Source of the DNA: Octopus vulgaris
Taxonomy: Eukaryota
Direction of reading: 5' to 3'
DNA length: 64,000 nucleotides
NCBI GenBank assembly: GCA_951406725.2
Contig: OX597826.1
Location: forward strand, 38,006,001-38,070,000
In this document: positions 44,626-58,603 of the stretch, piece after piece
How the letters are laid out: the number at the start of each line of letters is the position of its first letter
How positions within the stretch are numbered: position 1 is the stretch's first letter
Made by a program: the position numbers and the translations under genes
The notes under the pieces: model-generated
Database searches by the model: none
What the model was told of the DNA's origin: nothing
The model's input: only the letters and a program-made list of their open reading frames with translations

Positions 44626-44655
44626 CCATGTATACACTTGTAAATATACATATAT

Positions 44656-44726
<71 letters not shown>

Positions 44727-45801
44727 CATGTGTATGTATGTATGTATGTATATAAATATATATATTAGTTTGCATGTGCGCTCGTGTGTATATACATACA
44801 TACAGATGTGTGCATGTATGTGTATGCATATATAAATAAATGCATACATACATACACACGCACACATATACACACACACACATTACATACACACACTTAG
44901 ATATAAACACACACGTGTGTCAGCAGTGTGCGCACACAGACACAGGCGCGTACAAACACGCGCACACACAAACTCCCTCTCACACACACACATACACACA
45001 CACACACAGAAACACGCACAAGGTTTGGCAGCAGAAAAGGAAATTAGTTTTTCAATGATAAAACACAAGTTAATGGCTATGTCAGCAATTGCTTTAAAGA
45101 ATATCAATTCAGATCAGAAACAAAAGTATTTTTTTAGCACGTTTTCTGTATATTTTTTTAATAAATAATATATCAGAAAAAAAAAAATAAAATACGAAAT
45201 AGGTGTTATCTTTAAGAAATAGGACTTATCAGTTAAGAACATGAACTAGAGGTTATCAATAAGTAATGGCAGTTACAAAAAGTGTTCCGAAGGACAATAT
45301 CATAAAGAGAAACAGCGATTAAAGAAAAAGAACACAGAAGACACGATATTTTGGGGAATTATTTTTCGAGTTTGGTATTGGAACTGACCTAAGACGAATC
45401 TTTGCCATTGACGGTTATTTCAAATTTTCAACTGAGTTGAAATTTTCAGCCTTTGGTTGATTCAAAACCTGGTTTCTCAGACAGGTAGAGTTTGCCTATA
45501 TAACTTAATGGAAACCTGCAGACGTCCTATCAACGATATTGCAGATTGTACTGAGACAGCTATGCTATTGCTCTCTAAGCTTAGCTTTCAAATGAAATTC
45601 TACAAACAACCTAAAAGTATGTCGATGCTAGTTGTACCGTACTTTAAAGATACTGAAAGAGAGACCTGTGTTGTTCCTTTAACTACTATCTGGAGAAATA
45701 AGTGTAGTTGTGTTTAAAACTGCCTTGAAGGACAAAATGCCCTTAGATTTTGGTTGAATAGTTATTGGCAAATCTACTCCAGCACAAGATTACTTGGCAA
45801 G

Positions 45802-46247
<446 letters not shown>

Positions 46248-46680
46248 TACATTTATATACACATTTTCATCAGAAACATAGTTCAATTCCCCAAAAAAGG
46301 ATATATAGAATACGTCTTTATTTTTTTATGTAAGTGCCTAGTTTTAAATCGTGGTACAAAATATTTTTCCTTCATAGATTTAGATTTCCTTGTGTATAAG
46401 TCGCATTCAAGTTTTTTTTAGTTAAAATCAAGTAAAAAACAGCACGACTAACTTTTACACGAGCAAACACAGTATTATATATTTCCGCTGAGAATTTCAG
46501 CTTTTTTTTTTTTAGTGGAGATGGGCGTATTGAATCCTTGTCTAAACTTTTCCATGAAAAAATATTATCACTGTAGCTAGGAAATATTTATTCCTTCAAG
46601 TAATATGTAGGTATAGGTGTGTGTGTGTATATATATATGTGTGTATCTATGTATGTATATGTATATATGTATATATATGC

Positions 46681-46712
<32 letters not shown>

Positions 46713-46890
46713 TATACATATATTATGTATATATATATAGTATATATAATATATATAAAATATATATATATATTATATATATATTTATGTGTTTAGTTTT
46801 CGTCTCACTCTTCTTGTATACTTTCTGTTCAAACATTGATATATATATATGTATGTATGTATACATATATGTGAGTGTGTGAGTATATGT

Positions 46891-46931
<41 letters not shown>

Positions 46932-47306
46932 GTGTGTGTGTGTAAATATAGTAAATATATGTATGGCAATGATTAACAGTGAGTTTAGTGTTGAGCATGT
47001 TTTCGTCACGAATGATGCCATTATGCATCAGAAGCAGTGAAATGAAGGGAATCAGTTTAGGTCTGGCGACTTCGGCTGGCTAAATTGGCGGCAACTGATA
47101 TTACATGCTAATGAGGCTAGTGTTTATTTGCTGTGGTACAATTTCACTCCAATGGGATCTTTAAATGATGCATGGGATACATGCTGCGTGATTAAATGGA
47201 CTTTGTAATGCTATATCATCGCCGTGGACACTCACAGCATTTCATTGAATCTCAGATAAGAGATTTGCCTTCATTAATTTATATGTGTATATATATATGT
47301 GGGTGG

Positions 47307-47337
<31 letters not shown>

Positions 47338-47423
47338 TAGGAATAGTTTATATCACTATATATTACATATAATTCTAAACTTGGTTGCAGTTGAGATACA
47401 TATAAGTATGTATATATGTCTAC

Positions 47424-47455
<32 letters not shown>

Positions 47456-47588
47456 GAAGAGAAACTGTGTGTGTGTGAATGTGTTTGTGTTTGTGTGTGT
47501 GTGTGTCAATATATTGCATACTTAAATACTTTTAAACTCTAAAAGATAGGTGTAATATATATGTATGCATATATATATATATATATAT

Positions 47589-47623
<35 letters not shown>

Positions 47624-48283
47624 ACTATATATATATGTGTATGTATATGAATATATGTGTGTGTGTGTGTATGGATATATATATATGCTCATTATAAATG
47701 TATATGTGTATGTGTGCGTCTGTGCGCGCATACACAGAGACATGTACACATTCATACATACATGCACTTACACGCACATGTATGTTTATATATATATATA
47801 TGTATGTATGTATGTATATTATGCGTTAATATAACTAAATACGTGTAGAAGCATGTATTTGTATTTGAGTACCAGTGTGTATGCGAGAGCATGCGTGTGC
47901 GTGTGTGCGTGTGTACGTGTGTGTATGTGTGCGTGTGTGTGTGTGTGTGAGAGAGTGTGTGTCAGTCGCTGTCAAAAACAACTAGAACTATCTTAATAGA
48001 CATTTTTATTGAGAAATGCAGCATCGGGTGCTCATTACTTATGCTGCTGCTGCTTAAAGCCTTCCCTGGACAAGACACCAATCCGTCCCAGGGTGAACTG
48101 GTGGTGGTGGCGGTGGTGATCGTCGTCGTAGCGGCGGTGGTGATAGCTGCTGTAGTAGTACTGGTAGTGGTGGTACTCATTTTCCGCTGTATGGAGAGAG
48201 TATCGTAAAATGAAATGCATTGATGTAGAACAAAACGCGTAATCTAACGACTAGCTAATATATACACACATTAATGTTTGTAT

Positions 48284-48342
<59 letters not shown>

Positions 48343-48393
48343 CTATAGCATAGTATATTATGATTAATATATCATATTCATGAATGTAAACTG

Positions 48394-48425
<32 letters not shown>

Positions 48426-48454
48426 CATGTATGTACGTATGTATGCATGCATGT

Positions 48455-48509
<55 letters not shown>

Positions 48510-49379
48510 GTTTGTATGTGTGTCTGTATGCATACATGTATGTATGTATGTATGTATGTATGTATGTATGTATGTATGTATGTATGTATGTATGTATGTA
48601 TGTATGTACACACATACATTTATATATAGGTGAGAATGTAATTAGTTCCCATCGAGACATAATCATGTCGTTATAATGTAATAAATGTTGCTGCTTCAGA
48701 AAATAAAAACACAATTTTTTCGTTGATAGTTCAGAAAAAGTAGGTAATTTCTATAATCTTTTGTTTATCGAACTAGAAATATTGTTAGGTTCTGCAAATT
48801 ATTGCAGACTTCCAACATGTTCTTACTTTCAAAATAATGTCCAATATATAGAAAAAAAAATCACATATTCTTTTGCCAATCTGATTCACTTATCAATTTT
48901 TCGTTTATTATCTTTGGATACTATTTATGAAGTATTACGTTCTGTATATCCACCATATTTGTAAAAAGAAAAAAATGGCTGTGTTCAGCAGATGTCTCCG
49001 TATATTTCTTTAAACTATGAACTTACATCTAGAAATTCTCCCAGATTCACATTGGCCTTGGTTAGGTGTATCGTTTATAGAAAACTAGACTTTTCCCACG
49101 CATCCACAGTGTGCCATCTCTCTGCCACTGAAACTATCTAAGAGATAATAAGGACTGGTACAGCCTGACAGTGGGGTCTTCAGAAACTTTGCTGTCCAAA
49201 CCAAAGAATTTTGGCATGAGGCATCTGGTTCTAACAGCTCTACCAAACCACTTGCCTGGAAGGGTACTTTATATCCTTAAATGTCGACTTCAAAACAAGA
49301 GAAAGTCAAATACCATTTTTTTTCTATCCGACGTTCTGGTAAGTCTTCTAATTCACTTGTGCCCAAGTAACGTAGTATG

Positions 49380-49558
49380 TATGTTAGCACACCGGACAAA
49401 ATGCTCAGCAGCATTTCGTCCGTATTTATGTCCTGTGTTCAAGTTCCCCCGAATTTAACTTTACCCGTTACTCTTTCGAGGTACCTGTGGAGCACTGGGG
49501 TCAATGTAATCGACTTGGCCTCCCTTAAAATTTCTGGCCTTGAGCCAAGATTTGAAAC
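49380..49558 (+). mobile_element. Diverged SINE family A variant
   Basis: GTTAGCACACCGGACAAAATGC...CACTGGGGTCAATGTAATCGAC. Confidence 0.7.
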
Positions 49559-49584
49559 TAATACATACATATATATATATATAT

Positions 49585-49800
49585 AAAGTTAATCCAAACA
49601 AGAAAGCACAAAAAAACACAACAACGCGAGGACGTGGAACAAATATAGTATTATTGGACGCTCAGGAAAGAAGGAAAGAAGGAGGGTTTAACGTTTCGAG
49701 CGGAGCTCTTCGTCGGAAACATAGGAGAAGGAAAGATCCAGAGAAGGGAAGACAGAGGGAAAAAATCGCCAACGGTACACACGAGGTCGCATTTTGAAAG
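49585..49800 (-). mobile_element. PLE-type terminus with minimal HHR (49686-49720)
   Basis: Minus: gttt CCGACGA a gagc tcc gctc GAAA cg TT aaac; related to the 34835 motif; inside (TA)n. Confidence 0.7.
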
Positions 49801-49812
49801 ATATATATATAT

Positions 49813-50031
49813 GACAACAAAAGAATGAATGAGACCTCGATGTTATGTAAAATAGATGAATTTATCTATGAATATAATATGTGACAATTAGTTAGTTGTC
49901 ATAATAAAACTTAGAGTTTCGGATGCTAGGGCTGAAGTCTGCTCCAGCATCTTATCATAAGATGTGCGAGCATATTTCAGCCCCGGTATCCGAAACTCTG
50001 AGTTTTATTATGATAACCTCCTAATTGTCAC

Positions 50032-50036
<5 letters not shown>
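49813..50036. mobile_element. Head-to-head PLE-type terminus palindrome (49876-50036) joined within the HHR core
   Basis: Arms of about 80 bp, centre 49956; arms carry gatg...atcc GAAA ctc t (g/a)ag TT; arms only about 80% identical. Confidence 0.7.
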
Positions 50037-50065
<29 letters not shown>

Positions 50066-50073
<8 letters not shown>

Positions 50074-50218
50074 AATGAGGTAATCAGATCGGATGGTTCA
50101 TATTTATAGATATTTATTTATATATTACATTTTTTACATATATATCATATCATTCAGATCATATCATTCGGATTAGCGCTTTCTCCCAATCGAGTGGGCT
50201 TTTCAAATCAAATCAAAT
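50066..50218 (-). mobile_element. PLE-type terminus with HHR-like motif (50171-50209)
   Basis: Minus: gat TTGAAAA gccca ctcgat tggga GAAA gcgc TA atc; inside (TA)n. Confidence 0.6.
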
Positions 50219-50225
50219 ATATATA

Positions 50226-50307
<82 letters not shown>

Positions 50308-50633
50308 TGTGTGTGTGTGTGTGTGTGTAGGGTTAAGCAACAAGTTGCTTAGCCACATACCGAAAATTTAGAAATAGCAGTCAAAGATCGCTTATTCCTA
50401 TTTTCTACAAATATAGCTCTAGATATAACATTTACTTGCAATTCACATATGCAAAAAGAAGGGAAAATAACAAAATCAAACAGTCTTCGGTTTATTGTGG
50501 ACGCGTTTCTGGGTTAGAATTATAAAGAACTCATTCCCGTCTTCAGCACAAATGCTATTTACCTACCTTTTGCACCTCGATCCCGTGGGAGAGAGAGAAA
50601 GAGAAAGAGAGAAAGAGTTTAAAACTAGATATT

Positions 50634-51054
50634 TATTTCTTTATTGCCCACAAGGGGCTAAACATAGAGAGCACAAATAAGGACAGACAAAGGGATTAAG
50701 TCGATTACATCGACCCCAGTGCGTAACTGGTACTTATTTAATCGACCCCGAAAGGATGTAATGCAAAGTCGACCTTGGCGGAATTTGAACTGAGAACGTA
50801 GCAGCAGACGAAATACCTGTTTCTCTATTACCTACCCACAAGGGGCTAAACATAGAGGGGTCAAACAAGGACAGACAAACGGATTAAGTCGATTACATCG
50901 ACCCCAGTGCTTAACTGGTACTTAATTTATCGACCCCGAAAGGATGAAAGGTAAAGTCGACCACGGCGTAATTTGAACTCAGAACGTAACGGCAGACGAA
51001 ATATCGGTAATCCTTTCGCCCGGCGTCCTAATGATTCTGCCAGCTCACCGCCCT
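50634..51054 (-). mobile_element. Dimeric SINE family A insertion with 17-bp TSD
   Basis: Full copy about 50819-51054 plus headless copy about 50634-50818; GTTTAAAACTAGATATT at 50617-50633 and 51055-51071. Confidence 0.88.
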
Positions 51055-51329
51055 GTTTAAAACTAGATATTGAATATTCAATGATAGACAAGGTAATAGA
51101 CGTGATAGTGTAGAAATAAGGTGGGGGAGAAGGAGGAGGAAGAGAAGAAGTAGAAGAGGCGGAGGCAGAGAAGGAGGAGGAAGAGGAGAGCGACGACGAC
51201 GAGAAGAGCAACAATAATAGCAACAGCAAAGCGAGCGGAGAAGAGGGAAAAGAACAGGAAGAACAGCAACAATGAGAAAGTGGAGGAGGGAGAAGAACAA
51301 GAACTATACCAGTAGTGGCAGTAGTAGTT

Positions 51330-51361
<32 letters not shown>

Positions 51362-51446
51362 AGAAGAAGAAGAAGAAGAAGAAGAAGAAGAAGAAGAAGA
51401 AGAAGAAGAAGAAGAAGAAGAAGAAGAAGAAGAAGAAGAAGAAGAA
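51330..51446. repeat. (CAG)n(GAA)n microsatellite
   Basis: Direct reading. Confidence 0.95.
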
Positions 51447-52365
51447 GGCAATGGATATTTTAGTTGTATCATGACGCTAAAACAAACCATCATCATATTT
51501 GTAGAAACATCGGAGCATTAGAAAGATTTCATTGCAGTATTTACCTTGGCTCCCAGTTCTCTGGGTTCAATTCCTGTCGAAGTAGATTTCATCTTTCGTT
51601 GGTTTTGTTTTGTTTTTTTTTTGTTGTTTTTTTTATCTTGGTCTATTAAATAAGATATCAGTCAAACATCAGCTACGTTTATGTTCCCCCTTCTGTTTCT
51701 CTCCCTTTCTCCCTTTCTCTTTCTCTCTTCCTGTGACAGAAAATAAAATACCAGAACACACTGAATCTATCCGACGCTCTACCGATCCCGTTAATTCACC
51801 ACCCTACAAGTTCACTATGACAACATAAACATACCAAGCAGCACAAGCAAATTTGTAAATTAGCAATTTTTCTCTAATTCATATTTAATACTTGATGTTG
51901 TTGATGTTGTTGTTTAACTGCAGATTAAGTCCTATTGAACAGTCCTATAATCAAAAGCATTCCAGCCATGACCATCTCACCTTTTTAGTGGTTTGTAATG
52001 TGCCAGAGAACGTATCTAAAATTTATTAAGCAACAGATTGTGTTACGACGATTGGAACTGATGCGTCCACACATTGTATCCAAGAACAGAAAATGGGTGA
52101 ACAGCTGCATATTCGTTTCGACTTTTGTTCGAATCGTTGCCAGCAACAGGGTACCTTCCTGAACTATCCACGGACACATTGCGTATAAATCATTATTGTT
52201 AACACGTTTGCATTTTAATGCTCGATCTAGCTGCCTGAAAAAGTATTAAATATGCAAACTGGTCTCTTACATATGTAAATTGGTCTATTTTTGTCTTTAA
52301 CAGTTAAAAGGAGTGAGTTTATAAATATTGTCTGTGGATAGTTGAGGACGGTAAACAGTTGCTGA

Positions 52366-52584
52366 ATCGTTAACAGGCCGGGCAAATTGTGTAGCCGTAT
52401 TTCGTCTGCCTCTATGTTCTGAGTTCAAATTCCGCCGAGGTCGACTTTGCCTTTCATCCTTTCGGGGTCGATTAAATAAGTACCAGTTACGCTCTGGGGT
52501 CGATGTAATCGACTTAATCCGTTTGTCTGTCCTTGTTTGTCCCCTCTGTGTTTAGCCCCTTGTGGGTAGTAAAGAAATAGGTAC
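52366..52584 (+). mobile_element. SINE family A with 11-bp TSD
   Basis: ACAGTTGCTGA at 52355-52365 and 52585-52595. Confidence 0.88.
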
Positions 52585-52788
52585 ACAGTTGCTGACTACA
52601 ATCCCAACAAGTGTTGAAACGTATGTACAGTTGCCCCCTGTTTTTCCCGTTAACAAACTTACTGTATGGAAAAATTGTTTACAACCATCCTAATACAATT
52701 TTCGCAACTAAATCTATAGATATGCTCTACAGTACATTAGAGGAACACTGTCAGCACCCCAGTAATACAAGATCTATTTATATTATTT

Positions 52789-53020
52789 ACATTTGATCTT
52801 GAGCTGCTATGATAAGCCCTTCTGTTTCAGATTTTAAGCCAGAGAACATTAGCCATTGATGGGTCAGGGCTTTGTCAACATCTGCATTATTCGCTCTCCT
52901 TGGGTATTTGCCATAGAGAGGTTTTTCTTGCCATTTATCATTCAGAATATCTAAGGCGGCAGTTTTAGCACGGGTTTTCATGCGTTTGGCTTTTTCCGTG
53001 CTTGTTTCTTGTATGTCTAA
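52789..53020 (-). mobile_element. R4/Dong-clade non-LTR retrotransposon fragment
   Basis: KWQEKPLYGKYPRR...VDKALTHQWL..GLKSETEGLIIAAQDQ is the characteristic post-RT motif of R4/Dong elements. Confidence 0.82.
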
Positions 53021-53401
53021 CTAGCAGTATCGCCCGGCGTTGCTCAGGTTTGTAAGGGAAATAACTATAAAGCATTTTTAGAGAGTTATAGCCAAAATAT
53101 AGCAAAAAAATGGGAAAAAAATGATGGTAAATTTTTTGAGAGTTAAAAAGGTGGAGTTGCGTCCCCTAGACGGTCTGTGGTTTGGGTTTCTGATTCTCGA
53201 CCCCATGTCGAATTTATCGATTTTTTTCAGAACTGGGGGAACTTTTCAAAATTTTCGCTGCGTTAGTTTTGAATTATGACATTGGGCTACGTGTGTGTCA
53301 AGTTTCATCAGAATCGGTTGAAAGCCGTGGCCAGGGTGAGGGTACGAGAAAACAGACACACAGAAAACGCACAGACAAACTGCCGTTTATATAGAGAGAG
53401 A
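53021..53401 (-). mobile_element. Non-autonomous Helitron inserted in the R4/Dong fragment
   Basis: 5'-TC at 53401, 3' hairpin plus CTAG at 53021-53024, between host A and T; the 3' ~110 bp is shared with the 33916 element. Confidence 0.82.
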
Positions 53402-53427
53402 TTTCGTATTATTATTATTATTATTAA

Positions 53428-53464
<37 letters not shown>

Positions 53465-53484
53465 TTATTATTAGTATTAGTATT

Positions 53485-53516
<32 letters not shown>

Positions 53517-53519
53517 CAT

Positions 53520-53585
53520 TCAGGTCACTGCCTGGAATCGAACTCAGAATCTTGGGGTTAGTAGCCCGTGCTCTTAACCACTACG
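53520..53585 (-). other. tRNA-like module followed by (AAT)n
   Basis: Minus: CGTAGTGGTTAAGAGCAC GGG CTACTAA CCC CAAGATTCTGAGTTCGATTCCAGG; A/B boxes and anticodon arm present, acceptor stem incomplete. Confidence 0.65.
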
Positions 53586-53613
53586 TGGGCAATTATGGAG
53601 TGAAGTTTAGGGC

Positions 53614-53805
53614 TTATAAATCTAATATTTTCCTATCCTTCCTTAATACCGGTTCCCATATGCTGCTCATATCTGCACTCGGTCTGCTTAGGAGGTTGTT
53701 GTGTTCCAGCATATGTGCTGATTCTTTTAGTTTTCGTATTTTCCAGTGGTGTTCTCTTTCTATTATTTTAACTTCATCCAACAGGTGGAGGTGGTCTCCA
53801 ATATT
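53614..53805 (-). mobile_element. Penelope-like GIY-YIG endonuclease C-terminal fragment
   Basis: DEVKIIEREHHWKIRKLKESAHM...MSSIWEPVL matches the (K)ILD.E..W..R.IKEA..I...LS..W.P.L pattern of PLE endonucleases. Confidence 0.78.
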
Positions 53806-54527
53806 CGTCAAATGTAAATAATGTACATAATTCCTCATCTCTTAGATACAGAACTGTATTATACAAGATCTAATTGTGTTTTACTGTTTTAATATTGTAC
53901 GGGAGGGATTTTAAAGTATTTTAGTGGGTGGTGGGAAGGGATATTGGGTGACAAAAAGGCCTTGAAAAATTCTCATACTCAGCAAAGAGAAAAATGAGGA
54001 CGTTAATTCTTTATTACAAAAAAAAATTGGTCACAGAACAAGGAATAAAGCTTCGTATGTGCTTTTTTCCCCTGTAGAAATACAACAATCATAGAATAAA
54101 ACACCTACAAGAGATGCTCCTTCTGGGAACAAGATTTTTTGACCTTGAAAACAAACAGACTAACACAGGAAGAAATGCATTCAATCACCCGAAACAACTG
54201 ATAAAATAAACAAATATTTCACATATTGACATTTTCTAAGAATGAGAAAAAATGGTATATAACCAAGAAAATGGTAATTCTAAAGCAAGAACTATGCTGC
54301 TCTTTTTTTTTTTACTTTGATGTTGAATCTAAACAAACATACGTGTTTTCTTAGAAGCCGTGCTTGGTTCATGAGCAATAGCTGAAGGCTGCATCGTTGC
54401 ATCTGAAAGCGGTTTTTAGAAAATAGTTGATGAATAACAACAGACTTAGATCAAAGAGAACAACATGAATTAATTAAAACATGGCAGTGTTTTTATTTGC
54501 GTGTGTGTGTGTGTGTGTATGTGTATT

Positions 54528-54567
<40 letters not shown>

Positions 54568-55432
54568 TGTGTGTGAATTCTGTCAGAATGGATCCTAATC
54601 AAAGAATTTTACAACAACTGCAAGGATGGAAGTAGCTCTCAGAATAATTTTGTGAACATCTTCAATGCTCATGGATTCTTTTGCTGGTTTTTTGGTATTG
54701 CCACCAGCAATAGATTTGTCTCGTACATGGCAAAGCAGATAGAGACTTCAAGAAGTCTGCGCAGCAAATTGCCAAAGAAACAAATTTTGGAGAAGATATT
54801 TAAAAAAAAAAAGGATGGAAACAAAATATACTTAAACCAGCAAAACACGAGAAGTTATTTAAAATAGATTTGGGGAAATAAAAGAACCAGTCAGGAGAAA
54901 GTAAAAAAAAAAAAAAGACGATAAAATAATACTTTTTATTTATTTTAGGTCGTTTTTATTTTATATTTTCTAGAGCCCAAATTAAGAAGAGAAATGTCTC
55001 TGCGATGAGCAAAATACAAATGTAAAATAAGCGACAAACCATTTTCTTCAACAGAAATACATTCTAAACATGTTGCTAAAGATCACTGTCAAAATTGTTT
55101 GTATTCTTATATTACTTATTGTTGCTATTAACAGCTGCTGCTACTGCTACTACTACTACTTCTAGCACTAGTATTATTATCATCATCATTATTATTATTG
55201 TTATCGCTATGTTGTTGCTGTTGTTGTCGTTGTTGTTGTTCTTTCTCTTATTTCACAGAACTGGTATTGTACCCGGTTTAATTATGCATCTTATTCAACT
55301 CGTGGTCTAAGATGGAATATTTTGTGTCTTCTATTGAAAACGTTTTTGTTTTTGTTTTTTTCGCTTTGATCTTCTTGTCTTTTACCTCTTCTTACTTTGT
55401 ATTGGGGACTTTGTGAACGATCGTTAACATTA

Positions 55433-55440
55433 ATATTATC

Positions 55441-55520
<80 letters not shown>

Positions 55521-55552
55521 CATCATTATTATTATTATTATTATTATCATTA

Positions 55553-55601
<49 letters not shown>

Positions 55602-55609
55602 TATCATCA

Positions 55610-55678
<69 letters not shown>
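55433..55678. repeat. (ATT)n/(ATC)n microsatellite
   Basis: Direct reading. Confidence 0.95.
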
Positions 55679-55680
<2 letters not shown>

Positions 55681-57912
55681 TTCATCACATTTTTTCCAGT
55701 TGGTATAAGATGAACAATTTGATTGTGATTCTTGATTCTGTAGATTTGGTGTAGTTTTTAATTGCCTCCTATGAATTGTAATAAAGTCTGCTACTGCGGT
55801 CTTTTAATGTTATTTAAGAAGAGATAAATTGTTCTTTATTACCAAAAGCTCGTTTCTTCTCTAGAATACATTATAACAGACAGAGAGATTATGAAGTCTG
55901 TGTTAAAAATAATAAATACATTACAACTTGAGGTTTGAGATACTAAAATATTAAAACATTCCAAAAGTAAATAAAAGGGAAAACTTTCAGAAAAACTTTC
56001 CAAAGCTTAAGCAATTTTATCTTTAACTTTGTATAGTTCATTTACAAATGAAGAAAATCCAAGTTTACATGTAATATAGGTGACCATGCTGAAGTCAATT
56101 ATAAATAGACATACACTGGTGCCAAAGATAGGATTATAGTTTTTAAATTGTCGAAGTTGATGAGAAACTAATATCATTCCGAAGTTTTTTCAGTTCTTAA
56201 CCAACTTCGTCACAGAAATTAATCAGACTTGAAGACTTCTAATTCCATAATTTGACAATTTCTGTTTAAAACTATAATTTGATTTCTCTACATTGCTCTC
56301 AAAAGGAATATTGTTATTTAGCTAACTGTAAATTAATATCTTTAGAAACATTGGGACTGCATTTACCTTTATACACGTTGTTGTGAAAAATATTTGAAAA
56401 CGAGATGGTGGTGCTGTTGCCCCAGAAAGCTGTTTCACTGTTCACATCATGGTTTCATATTTACAAAGCTTTTATCACCTACTCACTGAATATCTTCAAG
56501 TGAAGTGTATTGTCATTGCATTTGTTGATGAAGTAAAAGTATGATGATAAATATTCCAACAATAAACATCCCTTGGTCACAACCACAATTTCTTTGATAA
56601 CTCTTTTGACATTGCAAAGTCAAATTAAAACATCACGCAGAAGATTTTATGCGAAATAAGCCTTGAGGTAAAATAAAGAAAATAGAGGATCGTAACGTAA
56701 CGTTGAGGAGAGCTTCCAACATATTTTAAAGTGAATTTACTCTGAATGCAAAGATGTTGGTAGCGGTGTGTTAGAAAGACAACCTAATTAAGGAAAGAAA
56801 TCATTAGAAATTTTAATTAATTACATTCGGAGAAATTTGAATTAATTACATTCGAATCGGTTCACTTTGACCTTATCTTTGGACAAACAATGGTGTCCGA
56901 CCAACAAACTTACTCTGTTTATTTGCATATGTCTTCATCATATCAACCCAATTATTTCCACTTTCACGGTAAGCGGGTAATTATAAAGCGAAGAAATCCC
57001 CAGACCATAATCGTTTAATTCTCCTTAACTTTCGCCATAACAATGTTTCGAAGCTTTATATACTCAGACCGACATCGCCAGGTTTATTTTAAACTTTTAT
57101 GTCCAATATTTCCAGCTTCATATGACATCAATAATTTATAATATCTTGTTACAGTCCATCCTTTCCCCCTCGCCAGTAGGTACCCTTTCACCCACCCCCC
57201 CCCCCCCACTGACAATAATAAATGCACTTTTAAGAGCCTCCTCTGAGGATTTTTCGTTTTTGCATGTGCTCTTTTTCACGATGTTTTATCTCCCTTTGGA
57301 AACTTCAAAAGAGTCATCTTTTTCTAATGATATTCCGTAGAATAGAAATAATTTGCATATCGTACAGAGATAAATATGAAAAATTATTTTAATGCTGCGT
57401 TAGATGATTCATTGAACATTTTATTGGACGAGGTCTTTGTCCTTTAAATAGAATTATCTGGATATGTGCATGATTATGCATGTATGTGTGTTTGGGGTTA
57501 GCAGAGAGAGCGAGAGATATTAATAAAGAAGTGATCCAAGGGGGATGGAGAATTAGCAAGTAATACAGCGGTGCAAAAGTAGGAGTGTATCCGTTAACAG
57601 CTGGCCTGGTGCAATCCCATCGTTACTCAAGCAACGAGATCAGAGCAACAATTACAGACCGAAATACAAATGGTGACAGAAGAAGGTTTGAGTATATTTA
57701 ACAGGGACAGGTTTTATGCTTCTCCATGGATAATATCGATCAGTGATTAGGGGGCAGCACAATAGAGAGATGACATGGTACTGAATACGTAAAAAAAAAT
57801 TGTTAAAAATGATTGAAAAAACCAAATACGTGTACACCTTTATGTGTGAATGTATGTTGGCGTCTGTCTACACACACACACACACACACACACATATAAG
57901 CACACATGCATA

Positions 57913-58016
57913 TATAATTTAGGGTATCTAAGAGATACTGTATTACTTAATGTGGTTTGGGAGTCAGATTTTGGCTGCTATTTCCAGCGTGGCGGTATCT
58001 CTTAGATACCCTAAAT

Positions 58017-58020
<4 letters not shown>
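57913..58020. repeat. Short inverted repeat (26-28-bp arms)
   Basis: TATAATTTAGGGTATCTAAGAGATAC ... GTATCTCTTAGATACCCTAAATTATA. Confidence 0.85.
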
Positions 58021-58050
<30 letters not shown>

Positions 58051-58348
58051 CATGCATATACATATACGCATAAAACGTGCGTACGTGCATATATACATAT
58101 ATACATACACACACATATATATACATACATACATACATACATACATACATACATACATACATACATACACGCATACGTTCATACATTCATGCATACATAT
58201 GAATTATGTTGTACGAATGTATGAAATAATATACCCCACTATATAAAGTCCAGTATTTGTAATATACATATTTTATATCTAAAGTATGCATATGTGAGTG
58301 GGTATATGTGTGTTTGTGTGAGTGCGTGTGTGTGTTTGTGTGTGTGTG

Positions 58349-58404
<56 letters not shown>

Positions 58405-58571
58405 TAAGGGATATCCTGTTCTGAGAGCTATTATTATTCCTGTCATAATTTCCAGCTGCATTTTGAAATTGTTCGCTATAATATCTTTGTTATTGCGTAT
58501 TGTGTTAAAGAAAAGAAAACTATACAAGATCAATAAAACATTTACTTTAAACAGTAATTTATTGATTGCTC

Positions 58572-58603
<32 letters not shown>

